Under the pieces are notes generated by a model. It had not been told where the DNA came from and did not search any database. It saw only the letters and a list, made by a program, of their open reading frames with translations. Shown here in pieces: positions 18,693-28,244 of a stretch of DNA of 64,000 nucleotides (its first letter is position 1; each line of letters opens with the position of its first letter). The stretch comes from Roseibacillus sp. (GTDB taxonomy: Bacteria > Verrucomicrobiota > Verrucomicrobiia > Verrucomicrobiales > Akkermansiaceae): the NCBI GenBank assembly GCA_051251855.1, contig JBPOGI010000006.1:32001-96000 (forward strand). The letters run 5' to 3'. A program made the position numbers and the translations under genes.

Positions 18693-20243
18693 ATGATTCT
18701 TTTGGTGATTCGTAACGAAGCAGAAGCAAGCCAGATGTTTGCTTGGGCAAGCCGCTTTGCGGAGGGCAGTCGTTCGTCGTTAGAAATTATCGTTGCAATG
18801 GACGGTAAGGAAGGCGGCACCGTCTCCAAGGAGGAACCAAAGGAAGCCTGGGTGCAGCGGATGCGCGATTCTCTGCCCGACTGGGCTCATCTCTCGTGGT
18901 GCCGCTCGAACAAGCGAATGGACCTTGTCTTGGAGTATCTCGCGAAAGGAGACACCGAATTGCTTGTCGTGGGCAAGCATGAGTCGTCTAACCGAGAAGA
19001 ACCTGATGCCATCTTTTCGCGAGACCTCTTTGAGCAAGCAGGTTGCCCTGTGTTGGTCATGCGCTTGGGAGAAGGAATGCCGGATAGCCGAGAGGTTTTG
19101 GTTCCCTGTTCGGGCGGGCGGCATTCGCGCCGAGCGCTCAAGCTCGCACAGGGTTTCGCGCCTGATCATGTGACAGCTCTTTTCGTCACGGTGGATGCCG
19201 ATGAGGTCTCCCACCTCGTGGGAGATCGGTTTTTGGGGAAGGCGATCGAGCGAGCCGATATTCCGGTTGAGAAAGTGAGGCGCAAGGTGGTTTTGAGCGG
19301 GAACGCCCGTGAGGGAATTCGTAAGGAAGTAGAACAGGGGAAATACGGTCTCGTGATTGTCGGGGCAGGGAGTCAGGGCAAGCTGCGGCGAAAGCTCTTC
19401 GGGATTGTGCCTTCGCGCTTCGTGGAAGCCGAGAAAGGTTTGGCGGTAGCGGTATTGCGCTCACCCAAGCCAGTGAGCCATCGTTTTCGGGAGTGGGTGG
19501 CTGGCCGCATCGCGCTAAGCGTACCTCAACTCTCCCGTGAAGACCGCATTGCCCTGATGGAGGAAATCGAGGGGAAAGCACGCTGGAACTTCGACTTTGC
19601 GGCCCTGATGGCAATGGCTACTATGATTGCTTCCTTGGGATTGTTATCTAATAGTGCAGCAGTGGTGATTGGTGCTATGCTAGTGGCTCCGTTAATGATG
19701 CCTCTCATTGGTAGTGGCCTCGCTCTTGTCCAAGGCAACTGGCCACTTTGGGCCCGGAGTATCAAGGCGGTTGCTCTTGGATTCTTGGCGGCCCTACTAA
19801 TTGGGCTGGCGACTGGATTCTTAGCAAAATGGACCGGCTTCTCGATGACTGATGAGTTGTGGGCACGAGGGAGGCCAACTTTGTTAGATTTAGGGATCGC
19901 CTTTGTCTCAGGGGTGGCGGCGTCTTATTGCCTGGCTCGGCCGAAGTTGAGCGGGGCCCTTGCTGGAGTAGCTATTGCAGCGGCGCTGGTCCCTCCGATC
20001 GCCACCGTTGGAATCGCCTTTGGTTTGGGGAAATACAGTACGGCCACCGGAGCAGCCCTCCTCTTTGGGACCAATGTCGTGACCGTTATTTTGGGCGCAG
20101 CGTTCAACTTCTGGCTTGCTGGTCTTCGCGGGCGGGGAGAAGGCGGAGAGTGGCGCCGACGTATCATTATTATTCTTACCCTCGCAATGGGTGGCTGCGC
20201 GATCCCGCTCACGCTTTATCTGCTAGAGAACCTTAAGAGTTGA
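18693..20243 (+). CDS. Universal-stress-like domains fused to a DUF389 membrane domain
   Basis: N-terminal USP-like motifs (LLVVG, CPVLV, VLVP.SGG); C-terminal IASLGLL.NSAAVVIGAMLVAPLM.P and GVAIAAALVPP. Confidence 0.88.
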   Translation: MILLVIRNEAEASQMFAWASRFAEGSRSSLEIIVAMDGKEGGTVSKEEPKEAWVQRMRDSLPDWAHLSWCRSNKRMDLVLEYLAKGDTELLVVGKHESSNREEPDAIFSRDLFEQAGCPVLVMRLGEGMPDSREVLVPCSGGRHSRRALKLAQGFAPDHVTALFVTVDADEVSHLVGDRFLGKAIERADIPVEKVRRKVVLSGNAREGIRKEVEQGKYGLVIVGAGSQGKLRRKLFGIVPSRFVEAEKGLAVAVLRSPKPVSHRFREWVAGRIALSVPQLSREDRIALMEEIEGKARWNFDFAALMAMATMIASLGLLSNSAAVVIGAMLVAPLMMPLIGSGLALVQGNWPLWARSIKAVALGFLAALLIGLATGFLAKWTGFSMTDELWARGRPTLLDLGIAFVSGVAASYCLARPKLSGALAGVAIAAALVPPIATVGIAFGLGKYSTATGAALLFGTNVVTVILGAAFNFWLAGLRGRGEGGEWRRRIIIILTLAMGGCAIPLTLYLLENLKS

Positions 20244-20276
20244 ACTCGATGACTCTGGGGCACTTCTACTCCTGAA

Positions 20277-21059
20277 TCAAAACACTTTCACGAGGCTCGC
20301 CACTAAACCTATCAAGCCCCCACAGACTCCACCCCAAACCACCAACCACCCCAGATGCTGGCGAATCATTTGCTGGATAATTTCCTTCACCAGCTGAGGT
20401 GTTAATTCTTCCAGACGCTTCTCAACAATAACACTCACTCGATCCAACAGCTCTGAATGGTCCGCACCACTGCCGCCTCCGGTCATGAGCGCTTGCAGTT
20501 TCTCCTGAAAGTCATCTGAAGAGACGATGTTCTTCACTGACCCTCGCATTTCTTCCACGAAGTCAGGCTTAATGGGATCCAGTGCCGTGGCTCCTCCAAA
20601 CATGGAAAGCGTGGCTCCGAATTGCGAATTCATCACCGCCGTCTTCAAAGCCTCAAACGAAGGATCGAGATTCACTGAATCAATAAGAGGGGACAAATCA
20701 ACTCCGGCCTTCCCGCCTCCATCCGGACCCTCAAAAAAACGCGCCACATTCTCCTGCGTGAAAAATTGCTGCATGATGAGCTGGTGAATCCCTACCTTAA
20801 ATTCCTCAAAGCGAGCCGGAATCACCCCAGAGCCGTAGAATCCAGGCACCTTCTCAAAGAGCATATGAATTGCCAACCAGTTCGTTAGCGCCCCCGAGAA
20901 CGCAAATAATCCAATATTCAAAACCGGTCCGCGCTGAGGCTCAGGCAAAAAGAGGCCAACAACTGTCAGTAGAATCGCAATGAGGTTTGTGACCGAGCTT
21001 TTGTTGAAGAGTCGGCCTCTCTCTACTGTAGATTTGGAAGAAGAGTTGTTTGTAATCAC
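20277..21059 (-). CDS. DUF445 family membrane protein
   Basis: GALTNWLAIHMLFEKVPG.YGSGVIP; HLGWLVVWGGV.GGLIG. Exact start uncertain. Confidence 0.88.
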   Translation of the reverse strand: MITNNSSSKSTVERGRLFNKSSVTNLIAILLTVVGLFLPEPQRGPVLNIGLFAFSGALTNWLAIHMLFEKVPGFYGSGVIPARFEEFKVGIHQLIMQQFFTQENVARFFEGPDGGGKAGVDLSPLIDSVNLDPSFEALKTAVMNSQFGATLSMFGGATALDPIKPDFVEEMRGSVKNIVSSDDFQEKLQALMTGGGSGADHSELLDRVSVIVEKRLEELTPQLVKEIIQQMIRQHLGWLVVWGGVCGGLIGLVASLVKVF

Positions 21060-21439
21060 GTCGCTTTAAGAATCAGGTAAGCTCTTCCTGGGGAACTGTC
21101 ACGGCTTCATTAGATTCAAATTTAAGAGAAGGCTCTCTTTGGGCGAATAAGAAATTCAGTTTTCTTGGAAACCTTCGATGTCTTCAATGAGATGTCCGGG
21201 AATACCGGTGATCATGATGGGGCCAGCCTTTGCTTTTTCTTTGTCGGTGGTGGGATCGGCTTGAACTTTGGATTCGCGATTAAGAATCCTCGAGATACAA
21301 GGGGCGTTGGACTCTTCCTTTCGCTGGTTGCAGAGCGGAGAGAATCACTTGTGCGGGCCTTCTTTGCCAAGTTGGTTTCCAAAGTGTGAAGTGAATCAAC
21401 GCTCTCCAAAGGATAGGGCTGTGGTCGGAGGGCTTAGAG

Positions 21440-23149
21440 CTAATCGGCGACTGCGATGCGAAGCAGAGCTCCGGGAACGGTGGTAGGATTGGGTCCGGGT
21501 AGGGTGGCGGTGGAATTAGCCGAGAGCACGGGTGAACCGAAGTCAATGAACTGGTAATTCGTCTCATCGAGAATTTGCAGTTGTAGGGAGAGGCCGTTGG
21601 GGACTTCGCTGATGCTGACCGTTGAGGTATTTGCGGTGACCGTGATGCAGGGGGCCGGCAGGGTGGTTGGGGAAACTGTGGCGGAGATTCCGGCGTCGAA
21701 GAGGGTGAGAACGCGCTCAATGAAATTGTTCTCTTGGATGGTGAAGGTGAAAATGGCGTCGCCATTGTCGTCCAGTTCGGGCCCGAGGTTGACGGGGAGG
21801 ATGATGGTGCCGCTTGGGTGAGAATCACCGAGGTTGGCTAACAAAGTGAGACCGGTCTCAGGATGATAGTGGTAGGGATAATTGATGCTGTTAGAACCGA
21901 GTGCTTGAAAGGCGACGGTCCCGTTGGCGGAGACGTCTTGGAGAGCGATCTCGTCGAGAGTGACCGTGGGGCTTGCGTCTGGGAGGATTTCGTCGCCGAC
22001 GAGAAGGACTTCGGGGCTGCTGTTAGGAGTCCAACGAATGAGAGCGGCACGGTCACTTGTTTCGGGATTTATGATGACGGGGCCACTCACGTAGACCGTT
22101 TCATCGTCCGCGAGGAGAAAAGTGGTGTCGCCCAAGACTCCAAAACTTTCACCGACAAAGGTGGCCGTCTGGTTTGCTAAAGCTCCGCCTGTTAGGATTT
22201 CGTTTTCTCGGATGACTGTTTGCTTGGGGGCTCCACTTGACTGCTGGAAGAAGACACCGTTGCCGAAAGTGGTTTCCTCATTGATGGTGGAGAAAAATGC
22301 AATTGAGCGGAAAGCATTGAGTTGAAAATCGGTGCCGATAGTTCCAAAGACCCCATCAAATGAAGCACTCGAAGTTGGAGCGGATTCTCCTCGCAGAGCT
22401 CGGTTGATGAGAGTGTTGTCACCCACGATGTCGAAGATGCCGGTGGTGAGAAGGCTGGGAGAAGGTTGGCGATAAAGAGCGCCGAGCACGAGTTCGCCTG
22501 AGTCGGTGGCGTCGACGAATCGATTCTGACGAAGAATGTCGCCTCCCGTAATCTCGAAGGGTCTGATGGTGGAGAGACTTTGGCCGATGCCCTCTTGAAA
22601 AATAATCTCCTCGTCCCTCATTGCGGTGAGAGTGACGCTTCCTGTCTGGGAAATACTAACTGGTTTGAGAAAGTCCTCGAATTCGTCGGAACTTCCATCG
22701 GGATAGGGCTTTCCTTCTCGCGCAACGAGTCTCAGTCCTGAGTTTGTATCCCAGGCGAGAACGGTTTTGGGGTCAGAAGTTCCTTGCAGAATATTGGTGA
22801 GTGCGATGTCGCCCTCTTGGCCTAAAATCGGTGCCAATTCGCCGGTGAAGCTCAGTGTTCCGAGAGTGCCCAGTCCATCCGGTGAAGTTTCACCTTCGGT
22901 GATGGCGAGGGTGAGATTGCCTGCGGCATCCGAGACGAAGAGAAACTCATCTTCGGTACTCGGAAGGTCAGAGAGGAACGCGTGGTTCACGAAGAGGAAG
23001 TGTCCATCTCCATTGGCATCGATCATGGTGAATTCGCCGAAAGTGATGTTCTCGTTCGGAAGGGTGAGAGAAGTGCGAGCGATATCGATTCTTTGACCCA
23101 TGAGACAGCCGGATAAGGCAAGGAGGAGAAGATATTTGGTGAGGGCCAT
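21440..23149 (-). CDS. Secreted repeat protein (NxxGxxAF-type tandem repeats, beta-propeller-like)
   Basis: Signal peptide; recurring D/N.xG.(V/I)AF and 'VAREG..PDG' units. Confidence 0.7.
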   Translation of the reverse strand: MALTKYLLLLALSGCLMGQRIDIARTSLTLPNENITFGEFTMIDANGDGHFLFVNHAFLSDLPSTEDEFLFVSDAAGNLTLAITEGETSPDGLGTLGTLSFTGELAPILGQEGDIALTNILQGTSDPKTVLAWDTNSGLRLVAREGKPYPDGSSDEFEDFLKPVSISQTGSVTLTAMRDEEIIFQEGIGQSLSTIRPFEITGGDILRQNRFVDATDSGELVLGALYRQPSPSLLTTGIFDIVGDNTLINRALRGESAPTSSASFDGVFGTIGTDFQLNAFRSIAFFSTINEETTFGNGVFFQQSSGAPKQTVIRENEILTGGALANQTATFVGESFGVLGDTTFLLADDETVYVSGPVIINPETSDRAALIRWTPNSSPEVLLVGDEILPDASPTVTLDEIALQDVSANGTVAFQALGSNSINYPYHYHPETGLTLLANLGDSHPSGTIILPVNLGPELDDNGDAIFTFTIQENNFIERVLTLFDAGISATVSPTTLPAPCITVTANTSTVSISEVPNGLSLQLQILDETNYQFIDFGSPVLSANSTATLPGPNPTTVPGALLRIAVAD

Positions 23150-23221
23150 GGCGGGATGATAAGAGGGTCACTGTTGGGTGTCAAAGGGGGCCTTGAAAAC
23201 GTGGTAGTAGGGAACGGTTCG

Positions 23222-23320
23222 GTGGGGCCGGTTGCAAACCGGCGCTCCCAGTGGAGCAAGGACATTTCTGTCCTTAAGTAGGACCGACCGTAGTTCAGGG
23301 ACAGGAATGTCCCTGCTCCC
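23222..23320. repeat. Cluster of REP-like palindromes: one single unit plus one inverted doublet
   Basis: GCCGG-TTGCAAA-CCGGC-GCTCCC (23227-23249), then GGAGCAAGGACATTTCTGTCC (23253-23273) inverted against GGACAGGAATGTCCCTGCTCC (23299-23319). Confidence 0.8.
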
Positions 23321-23389
23321 TTATTGTCCGATGGGGGCGAGGAGTTGGGAGAAGGGGATCGAAGGCTAGAGAGAATATCGGAAGTTCGC

Positions 23390-24442
23390 CTACTCTGGCG
23401 TGCGAACGATACGATAATTCTGAGAAGGAAGGACAGCTGCGGTGGGGTAGATTTGAGTCGTTCCATCTCCGGGAAATGCAATGCCTTCATCAAGCCAAGT
23501 TTCTAGGTCTTCAGCGGCTTGCATCTGATAGGATTGCCCGAATTCAGTGGGAATGGAAATGAGGTTTCGAGGTGGCTCAGGGTTGATGGTAAGAGTAGGA
23601 ACGGGGACGTCAGTCGCGGCAGTCAGGGTAATGAGATATTGCGCATCTTCGCGGAGGTCAGAACCGCGAAGGGATTCTAGGACCCAGCGTTGGGAGGAAG
23701 TGTCGTAGCGAGACTGAACGCGGGTAAAATGGTCTTGAAGATCGTCATTCTGACGTTCGTGAGCGACTAGGAGAAGAGCCTCGGGGTTTCCATTGAGGCT
23801 AGGATGGTCTAGCGGGCTTGTGAGAGAGTCCGTTGAAACGGTGTGGCGGTAGGTATTCGAATCTGCAGTACGAACGAGAATATTAAAGCGGGCATTGTTG
23901 GGGATCCGCGTAAACTCATCGAAATTATTAACGGCATCGATGAACCACTTACCAGCAGTGCTGTCGTAGCCTATTGTGTTTACAAAGATTGGGTTGTAAA
24001 CACCGTTGGTGCCCCAGTTCTGAGTGAGGAACGGAAAGGCGTTGGGAGAATTATTTAAAGAAGGATGGTCAATGTAGCTGATGCGAAAAGAAGTCTGCTC
24101 GCTATGAAGGTGGGTATGAGTAAAAGCGGTATCTCCGGCTTCTGCGACATAGATTGAAAACTCAAAACGAGGAGGGAGGATTTGCCTGTCTTCCCGAAAG
24201 ATGGCCCATTGAGGGGAGGGATACCAAAGGCCGTAACTGATATTATTATGTTTGTCGGAAAGGGCGCTCTGAGAAGGACTGATGAAGATTTTGGACCCGC
24301 TATTGGGGGTAAGATGTGCTGCGAGACGGGTTGAGTTACTCGGGTTACTTGTCTCTGTTGAGCGGTGAAGAAACCACTCTGCGTGAGCAAAGTGTGGGAA
24401 GAGAATCAATAGGCTAAATACAGAGACAAGTGTCGGTTTCAT
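23390..24442 (-). CDS. Secreted hypothetical protein with internal 'DHPSLN..P.A' repeats
   Basis: Start ATG 24442 (MKPTLVSVFSLLILFPHFAHA signal peptide); IDHPSLNNSPNA and LDHPSLNGNPEA. Confidence 0.75.
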   Translation of the reverse strand: MKPTLVSVFSLLILFPHFAHAEWFLHRSTETSNPSNSTRLAAHLTPNSGSKIFISPSQSALSDKHNNISYGLWYPSPQWAIFREDRQILPPRFEFSIYVAEAGDTAFTHTHLHSEQTSFRISYIDHPSLNNSPNAFPFLTQNWGTNGVYNPIFVNTIGYDSTAGKWFIDAVNNFDEFTRIPNNARFNILVRTADSNTYRHTVSTDSLTSPLDHPSLNGNPEALLLVAHERQNDDLQDHFTRVQSRYDTSSQRWVLESLRGSDLREDAQYLITLTAATDVPVPTLTINPEPPRNLISIPTEFGQSYQMQAAEDLETWLDEGIAFPGDGTTQIYPTAAVLPSQNYRIVRTPE

Positions 24443-24637
24443 GGTGCTTTTTCTGTTAGAAACGCGAGAGTGAAAAACTTTCTCAATCCACTGAATTGAA
24501 GGCGATAAAGATTTTGTGCGCGCTAAATATGCAATCCCTATCATTCATGCGATGGTAGCTCCGTCAATAACTATCAATTCCCACTCCTTGCAGAACGAAA
24601 AAGATGAGATGAGACTGTTGGCGTTTCGTTACCTGCC

Positions 24638-27334
24638 CTAACTGCCGATGGGGGCGAGGAGTTGGGAGAGGGTTTCGGAGTCGGGGACGCCTTGGCTGGC
24701 GGCGGAGAGGATGGAGTCGGCGAGGAGGGCCTTCTGTTGTTGCAGGCGGTGAATGCGGTCTTCGACGGTGTTGGCGCAAAGGAGTTTGTGCACGAAGACG
24801 GGCTTGGTCTGGCCGATGCGGTAGGCGCGGTCGGTGGCCTGGGCTTCGGCGGCGGGGTTCCACCAGGGGTCGTAGTGGATGACGGTGTCGGCGGCGGTGA
24901 GGTTGAGTCCTGTGCCGCCGGCTTTGAGGGAGATGAGAAAGATGGGGATTTCGTTTTCCTGGAACCTTTTGACGAGGCCGCCGCGGTCTTGGGAGGAGCC
25001 GGTGAGCTTGAGGTAGGGGGTCTTGCGGGCGATGAGCTCGTTCTCGATGAGTTGGAGCATCGAGGTGAATTGCGAGAAGAGGAGGACGCGGCGTTTTTCG
25101 GCGAAAAGGATATCTAACAGCTCCATGAGGTAATCGAGTTTCGCGGACTTGGGCTGCTTGGGAACTTGGTCGGGGGGGAGGAAGTCGGTGTTGCTGACGA
25201 GGTCGGGGTGGCAGCAGATTTGGCGCAGCTTGAGAAGGGCGTCGAGGATGGTGATTTGTGATTGCGAGATCCCGCGCTCGGCGATGGCATCGCGCACGCG
25301 CTTGTCCATGGTGACGCGGACGGATTCGTAGAGGTCCTTTTGGACGGTGGTGAGTTCGATGGGGTGAACGAGGATGGTCTTGGGAGGGAGGTCTTTGGCG
25401 ACTTCGTCTTTGGTGCGGCGCAGAATGAGGGGAGAGAGGCGGGCACGCAGGGCGTCGCGGCGTTCGATGTTTTCTTCTTTTTCGATGGGGTTTTGGTAGC
25501 GGGTGCGGAAAGCGCTGAGGTCACCGAGAAACCCGGGGATGAGGAAGTGGAAAAGGGACCAGAGTTCGGTAAGGTTGTTTTCGACGGGAGTGCCGCTGAG
25601 GCAGAGTCGGTGTTGTGCTTTGAGTTCGCGGGCGGCGATGCTGACTTTAGCCTGGGGGTTTTTGATGAGCTGGGCTTCGTCGAGGATAGCGAATTTGAAG
25701 GTGTGCTTCTTGAGTTTTTCAATATCGCGCTGGAGGAGGGCGAATGAAGTGATGACTATATCGGCGTGGGGAATGGAGGGGTAGGCTTTGGCGCGCTTGG
25801 AGCCGGAGAGGGTGAGGACCTTGAGGCTGGGGGCGAACTTTTTGGCTTCGGCAGCCCAGTTGGGGACCACCGAGGTGGGGGCGATGACGAGAGAGGGGGT
25901 GGTTTCGCTGCCTTTGCTGGCGAGAAGAAGGGCAAGGGTCTGGATGGTTTTACCAAGGCCCATATCGTCGGCGAGGATGCCGTGGAGGTCGTTCTCTGCA
26001 AGAGTGGCCATCCATTCGTAGCCGATTTGTTGGTAGGGGCGGAGGTCGGCTTGCAGGCCTTCGGGTTTTTCCTTCTTGGCTGTTTCTTTTTGTTCGGAGA
26101 GGTTTTTGCGGAGTTTCTTGAGAGCGGGGCTGGTGGTCTTGATGTCGAACTCCTCGGCGATGGCTGCGGCGTCGACGGGATGGAGCGGGAAGTCGGGGTC
26201 GAGGACGACGGAAAGGTGGTTGAGGATTTGGCGCAGGCGGTCGACGGGAAGGTGGAGGGCGGCTCCGTTGGGGAGGTAGACGAGGTGTTTGTCGGTGGGA
26301 GCTTTGGTGGCGAGTTGGTCGACAATATCGCTTTCTAACAGCTTGAGAAGGATGGGGAGAAGGTCGAAGGATTCACCATCGACATCGAAGCCGACACTGA
26401 GGGTGAACCAGCCGCCTGGGACTTCGTCGAGGCGGGCATCGAGGTCGCTACTAGAAACGTCGTAGAGGTGGTGGCCGAAGTCTTCATCGACGGTGACGGT
26501 CCAGCCGGCGGCTTCGAGCTTGGGGATGGCGGTGGCACGGAACCAAGGCCAGTAGAGGTCGGGGGTGCTGTGGTAGGGCTCGGGGAAAAAGGCGGATGCT
26601 TCGTCGGGGAGTTGGCCGTCTTTTTGGCCTTTGGCCGCCATCCCGAGCATGAAGCGGAAGGAGGGTTGCGCGGCGATGGAGGTGAGTCCAAGTTTGGTGA
26701 GTTGTTCGAGGGCGCGGCGTTCGAGAGCGAGGTCGCGGGGGAAGGGAGTTTCGTGGGGGAGCTGGGAGAGTGGGGATTCGTTGGGGCCGTATTGGAGGGT
26801 GGGGCGGGCGACGAGCCAGATTTCGCGGTCTTGTTGGCGGAGGGCTTGGAGGAGAAGGCGGGTGACTTTGGAGGCGACGGGCTCGGGGGTGAGGTGGAGG
26901 TGGAAGGTGGGTTTGTGTGGGGTGTTGGACGGGATTTGATCGGGCTGTGTTTGATCAGGCAATGGGGCCGGTCGCAGACCAGCGCTCCCAGTGTCGGGTT
27001 CGGTGGGGGCAGTTTCGCGGAGGAGGCGGGTGAAGGTGTTGGGTTTGGCGGTGAGAAAGAGGACGGCGGCGGCGTGGGGGCAGTTGTGGGCGTGGTCGCA
27101 GCTGCAGGCGGTGTCGAAGTCCCATTGGTTGTTGCCCTCAGGCCAGAGGTTGACTTCGACTTGTTGCTCCTCGCTGGTGGCGGTGAGTTGGACGGAGCCG
27201 TCTTCGGTTTCGTCGAGAGCGAGGTCGGGGAGGAGGGGTTTTTTAGCGAGCTTTTTGCCCATCACAAGGACGTGCTCGTCGAAGCGGTGAAGCCACGATT
27301 GCTCGGCGAGAAAGGGTTGGAGGGATTCGGGCAA
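24638..27334 (-). CDS. SNF2/SWI2-family helicase with N-terminal SWIM zinc finger
   Basis: CSC.....C.H SWIM; LRPYQ, LADDMGLGKT, LDEAQ, LSGTPVEN, FLISLKAGGTGLNLT, DPWWNP, DRAYRIGQ. Confidence 0.95.
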   Translation of the reverse strand: MPESLQPFLAEQSWLHRFDEHVLVMGKKLAKKPLLPDLALDETEDGSVQLTATSEEQQVEVNLWPEGNNQWDFDTACSCDHAHNCPHAAAVLFLTAKPNTFTRLLRETAPTEPDTGSAGLRPAPLPDQTQPDQIPSNTPHKPTFHLHLTPEPVASKVTRLLLQALRQQDREIWLVARPTLQYGPNESPLSQLPHETPFPRDLALERRALEQLTKLGLTSIAAQPSFRFMLGMAAKGQKDGQLPDEASAFFPEPYHSTPDLYWPWFRATAIPKLEAAGWTVTVDEDFGHHLYDVSSSDLDARLDEVPGGWFTLSVGFDVDGESFDLLPILLKLLESDIVDQLATKAPTDKHLVYLPNGAALHLPVDRLRQILNHLSVVLDPDFPLHPVDAAAIAEEFDIKTTSPALKKLRKNLSEQKETAKKEKPEGLQADLRPYQQIGYEWMATLAENDLHGILADDMGLGKTIQTLALLLASKGSETTPSLVIAPTSVVPNWAAEAKKFAPSLKVLTLSGSKRAKAYPSIPHADIVITSFALLQRDIEKLKKHTFKFAILDEAQLIKNPQAKVSIAARELKAQHRLCLSGTPVENNLTELWSLFHFLIPGFLGDLSAFRTRYQNPIEKEENIERRDALRARLSPLILRRTKDEVAKDLPPKTILVHPIELTTVQKDLYESVRVTMDKRVRDAIAERGISQSQITILDALLKLRQICCHPDLVSNTDFLPPDQVPKQPKSAKLDYLMELLDILFAEKRRVLLFSQFTSMLQLIENELIARKTPYLKLTGSSQDRGGLVKRFQENEIPIFLISLKAGGTGLNLTAADTVIHYDPWWNPAAEAQATDRAYRIGQTKPVFVHKLLCANTVEDRIHRLQQQKALLADSILSAASQGVPDSETLSQLLAPIGS

Positions 27335-27385
27335 GGGAGAGGATTTGAACCGCTAAGGCGCAAAGACGCGAAGGTTTTTGGTGTT

Positions 27386-28012
27386 TTAAGTTTGGTTTCG
27401 GGATTGAAGGGCTGCGACTTGGGCTTCGAGGGTAGCGAGGCGGGCTTCCATTTCTTGTTTCCAGTCGTTGTCTTCGGGGGAGGATTCTTCGCTTTCGTTG
27501 CTGGTGTCGTCTTCGGCGAGGAGGTGGCGGAAGGTTTCGACGCGGCGTCCTGCGCCGGAGGGGATGCGCTCGACGAGGGGGCCATGGGGGTAGTCGATGA
27601 AGGTGGTGAGGATTTCTTCGATTTGGTCGAGGGAGTCGAAGTTGTAAAGTCGTTCGGTGCGGGTCTTGAGTTCGCCGGTAGTTTGGGTTCCACGAAGGAG
27701 AAGGACGGTGAGGACGGCCCGCTCTTGGTCGGTGAGGTCGAGGACGTCGGTGAGTTCGTGTTCGTATTTGGGCGAGCGACCGCCAAGAACTTTGGTGACG
27801 AGGTAGTCTTCGGAGAGGAGGCGGATGGCTTCGGAGACGTCGTCAGCGGTATAGTTGGTGACGGGGTGACGGGAGGAGCTTTGGTTGCAGGCAGTGAGGA
27901 GGCTGTTGAGGGTGAGGGGGTAGAGGTCTGGGGTGGTGACTTGTTTTTCTAACAGGCAACCGAGGACTCGGGCGGAGACGGGGGTGAGTTGAAGTTCGGG
28001 GAAGTGTTTCAT
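27386..28012 (-). CDS. YceH / DUF480 family protein
   Basis: Start ATG 28012; ARVLGCLLEKQ.TTPD.YPLTLNSL..ACNQ.SSR.PV, LLLRG.QT.GEL..R.ER. Confidence 0.92.
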   Translation of the reverse strand: MKHFPELQLTPVSARVLGCLLEKQVTTPDLYPLTLNSLLTACNQSSSRHPVTNYTADDVSEAIRLLSEDYLVTKVLGGRSPKYEHELTDVLDLTDQERAVLTVLLLRGTQTTGELKTRTERLYNFDSLDQIEEILTTFIDYPHGPLVERIPSGAGRRVETFRHLLAEDDTSNESEESSPEDNDWKQEMEARLATLEAQVAALQSRNQT

Positions 28013-28084
28013 GGGAAAGTGGTTGAAGGGAGGTTGAACCACGAAGGGCACGAAGACCACGAAGTTTTGATCGGGTAGCATTTT

Positions 28085-28240
28085 TTCGACGCAGAGCCGC
28101 AGAGAGCACAAAGTTGTCGCAGAGACTATAATTTGAGTTTGTTAAAGAGGCATAGAGGTCTCGCTTTGTTTCAAATCTCTTTTTTATCCTAAAGGAAAGT
28201 CTCTGCGTTCACTCCGCGTTGTCTGCGACTCTGCGTTGAA
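28085..28240. repeat. MITE-like element with 42-bp imperfect inverted arms built from CGCAGAG units
   Basis: 28085-28126 versus the reverse complement of 28199-28240: 32/42 identical by hand alignment; AT-rich 72-bp spacer. Confidence 0.7.
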
Positions 28241-28244
28241 GGTT

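Noticed and set aside
21060..21439. Possible gene remnant on the minus strand (ends MITGIPGHLIEDIEGFQEN*)
   Set aside because: Short, interrupted upstream by a stop and not recognisable. It cannot be supported without a homology search.
26468..27952. Long plus-strand ORF (494 aa) and other antisense ORFs such as 30951..31901, 61347..62696, 48187..49212, 1314..2102 and 3065..4015
   Set aside because: These are shadow frames opposite well-supported genes, with biased composition and no family motifs.
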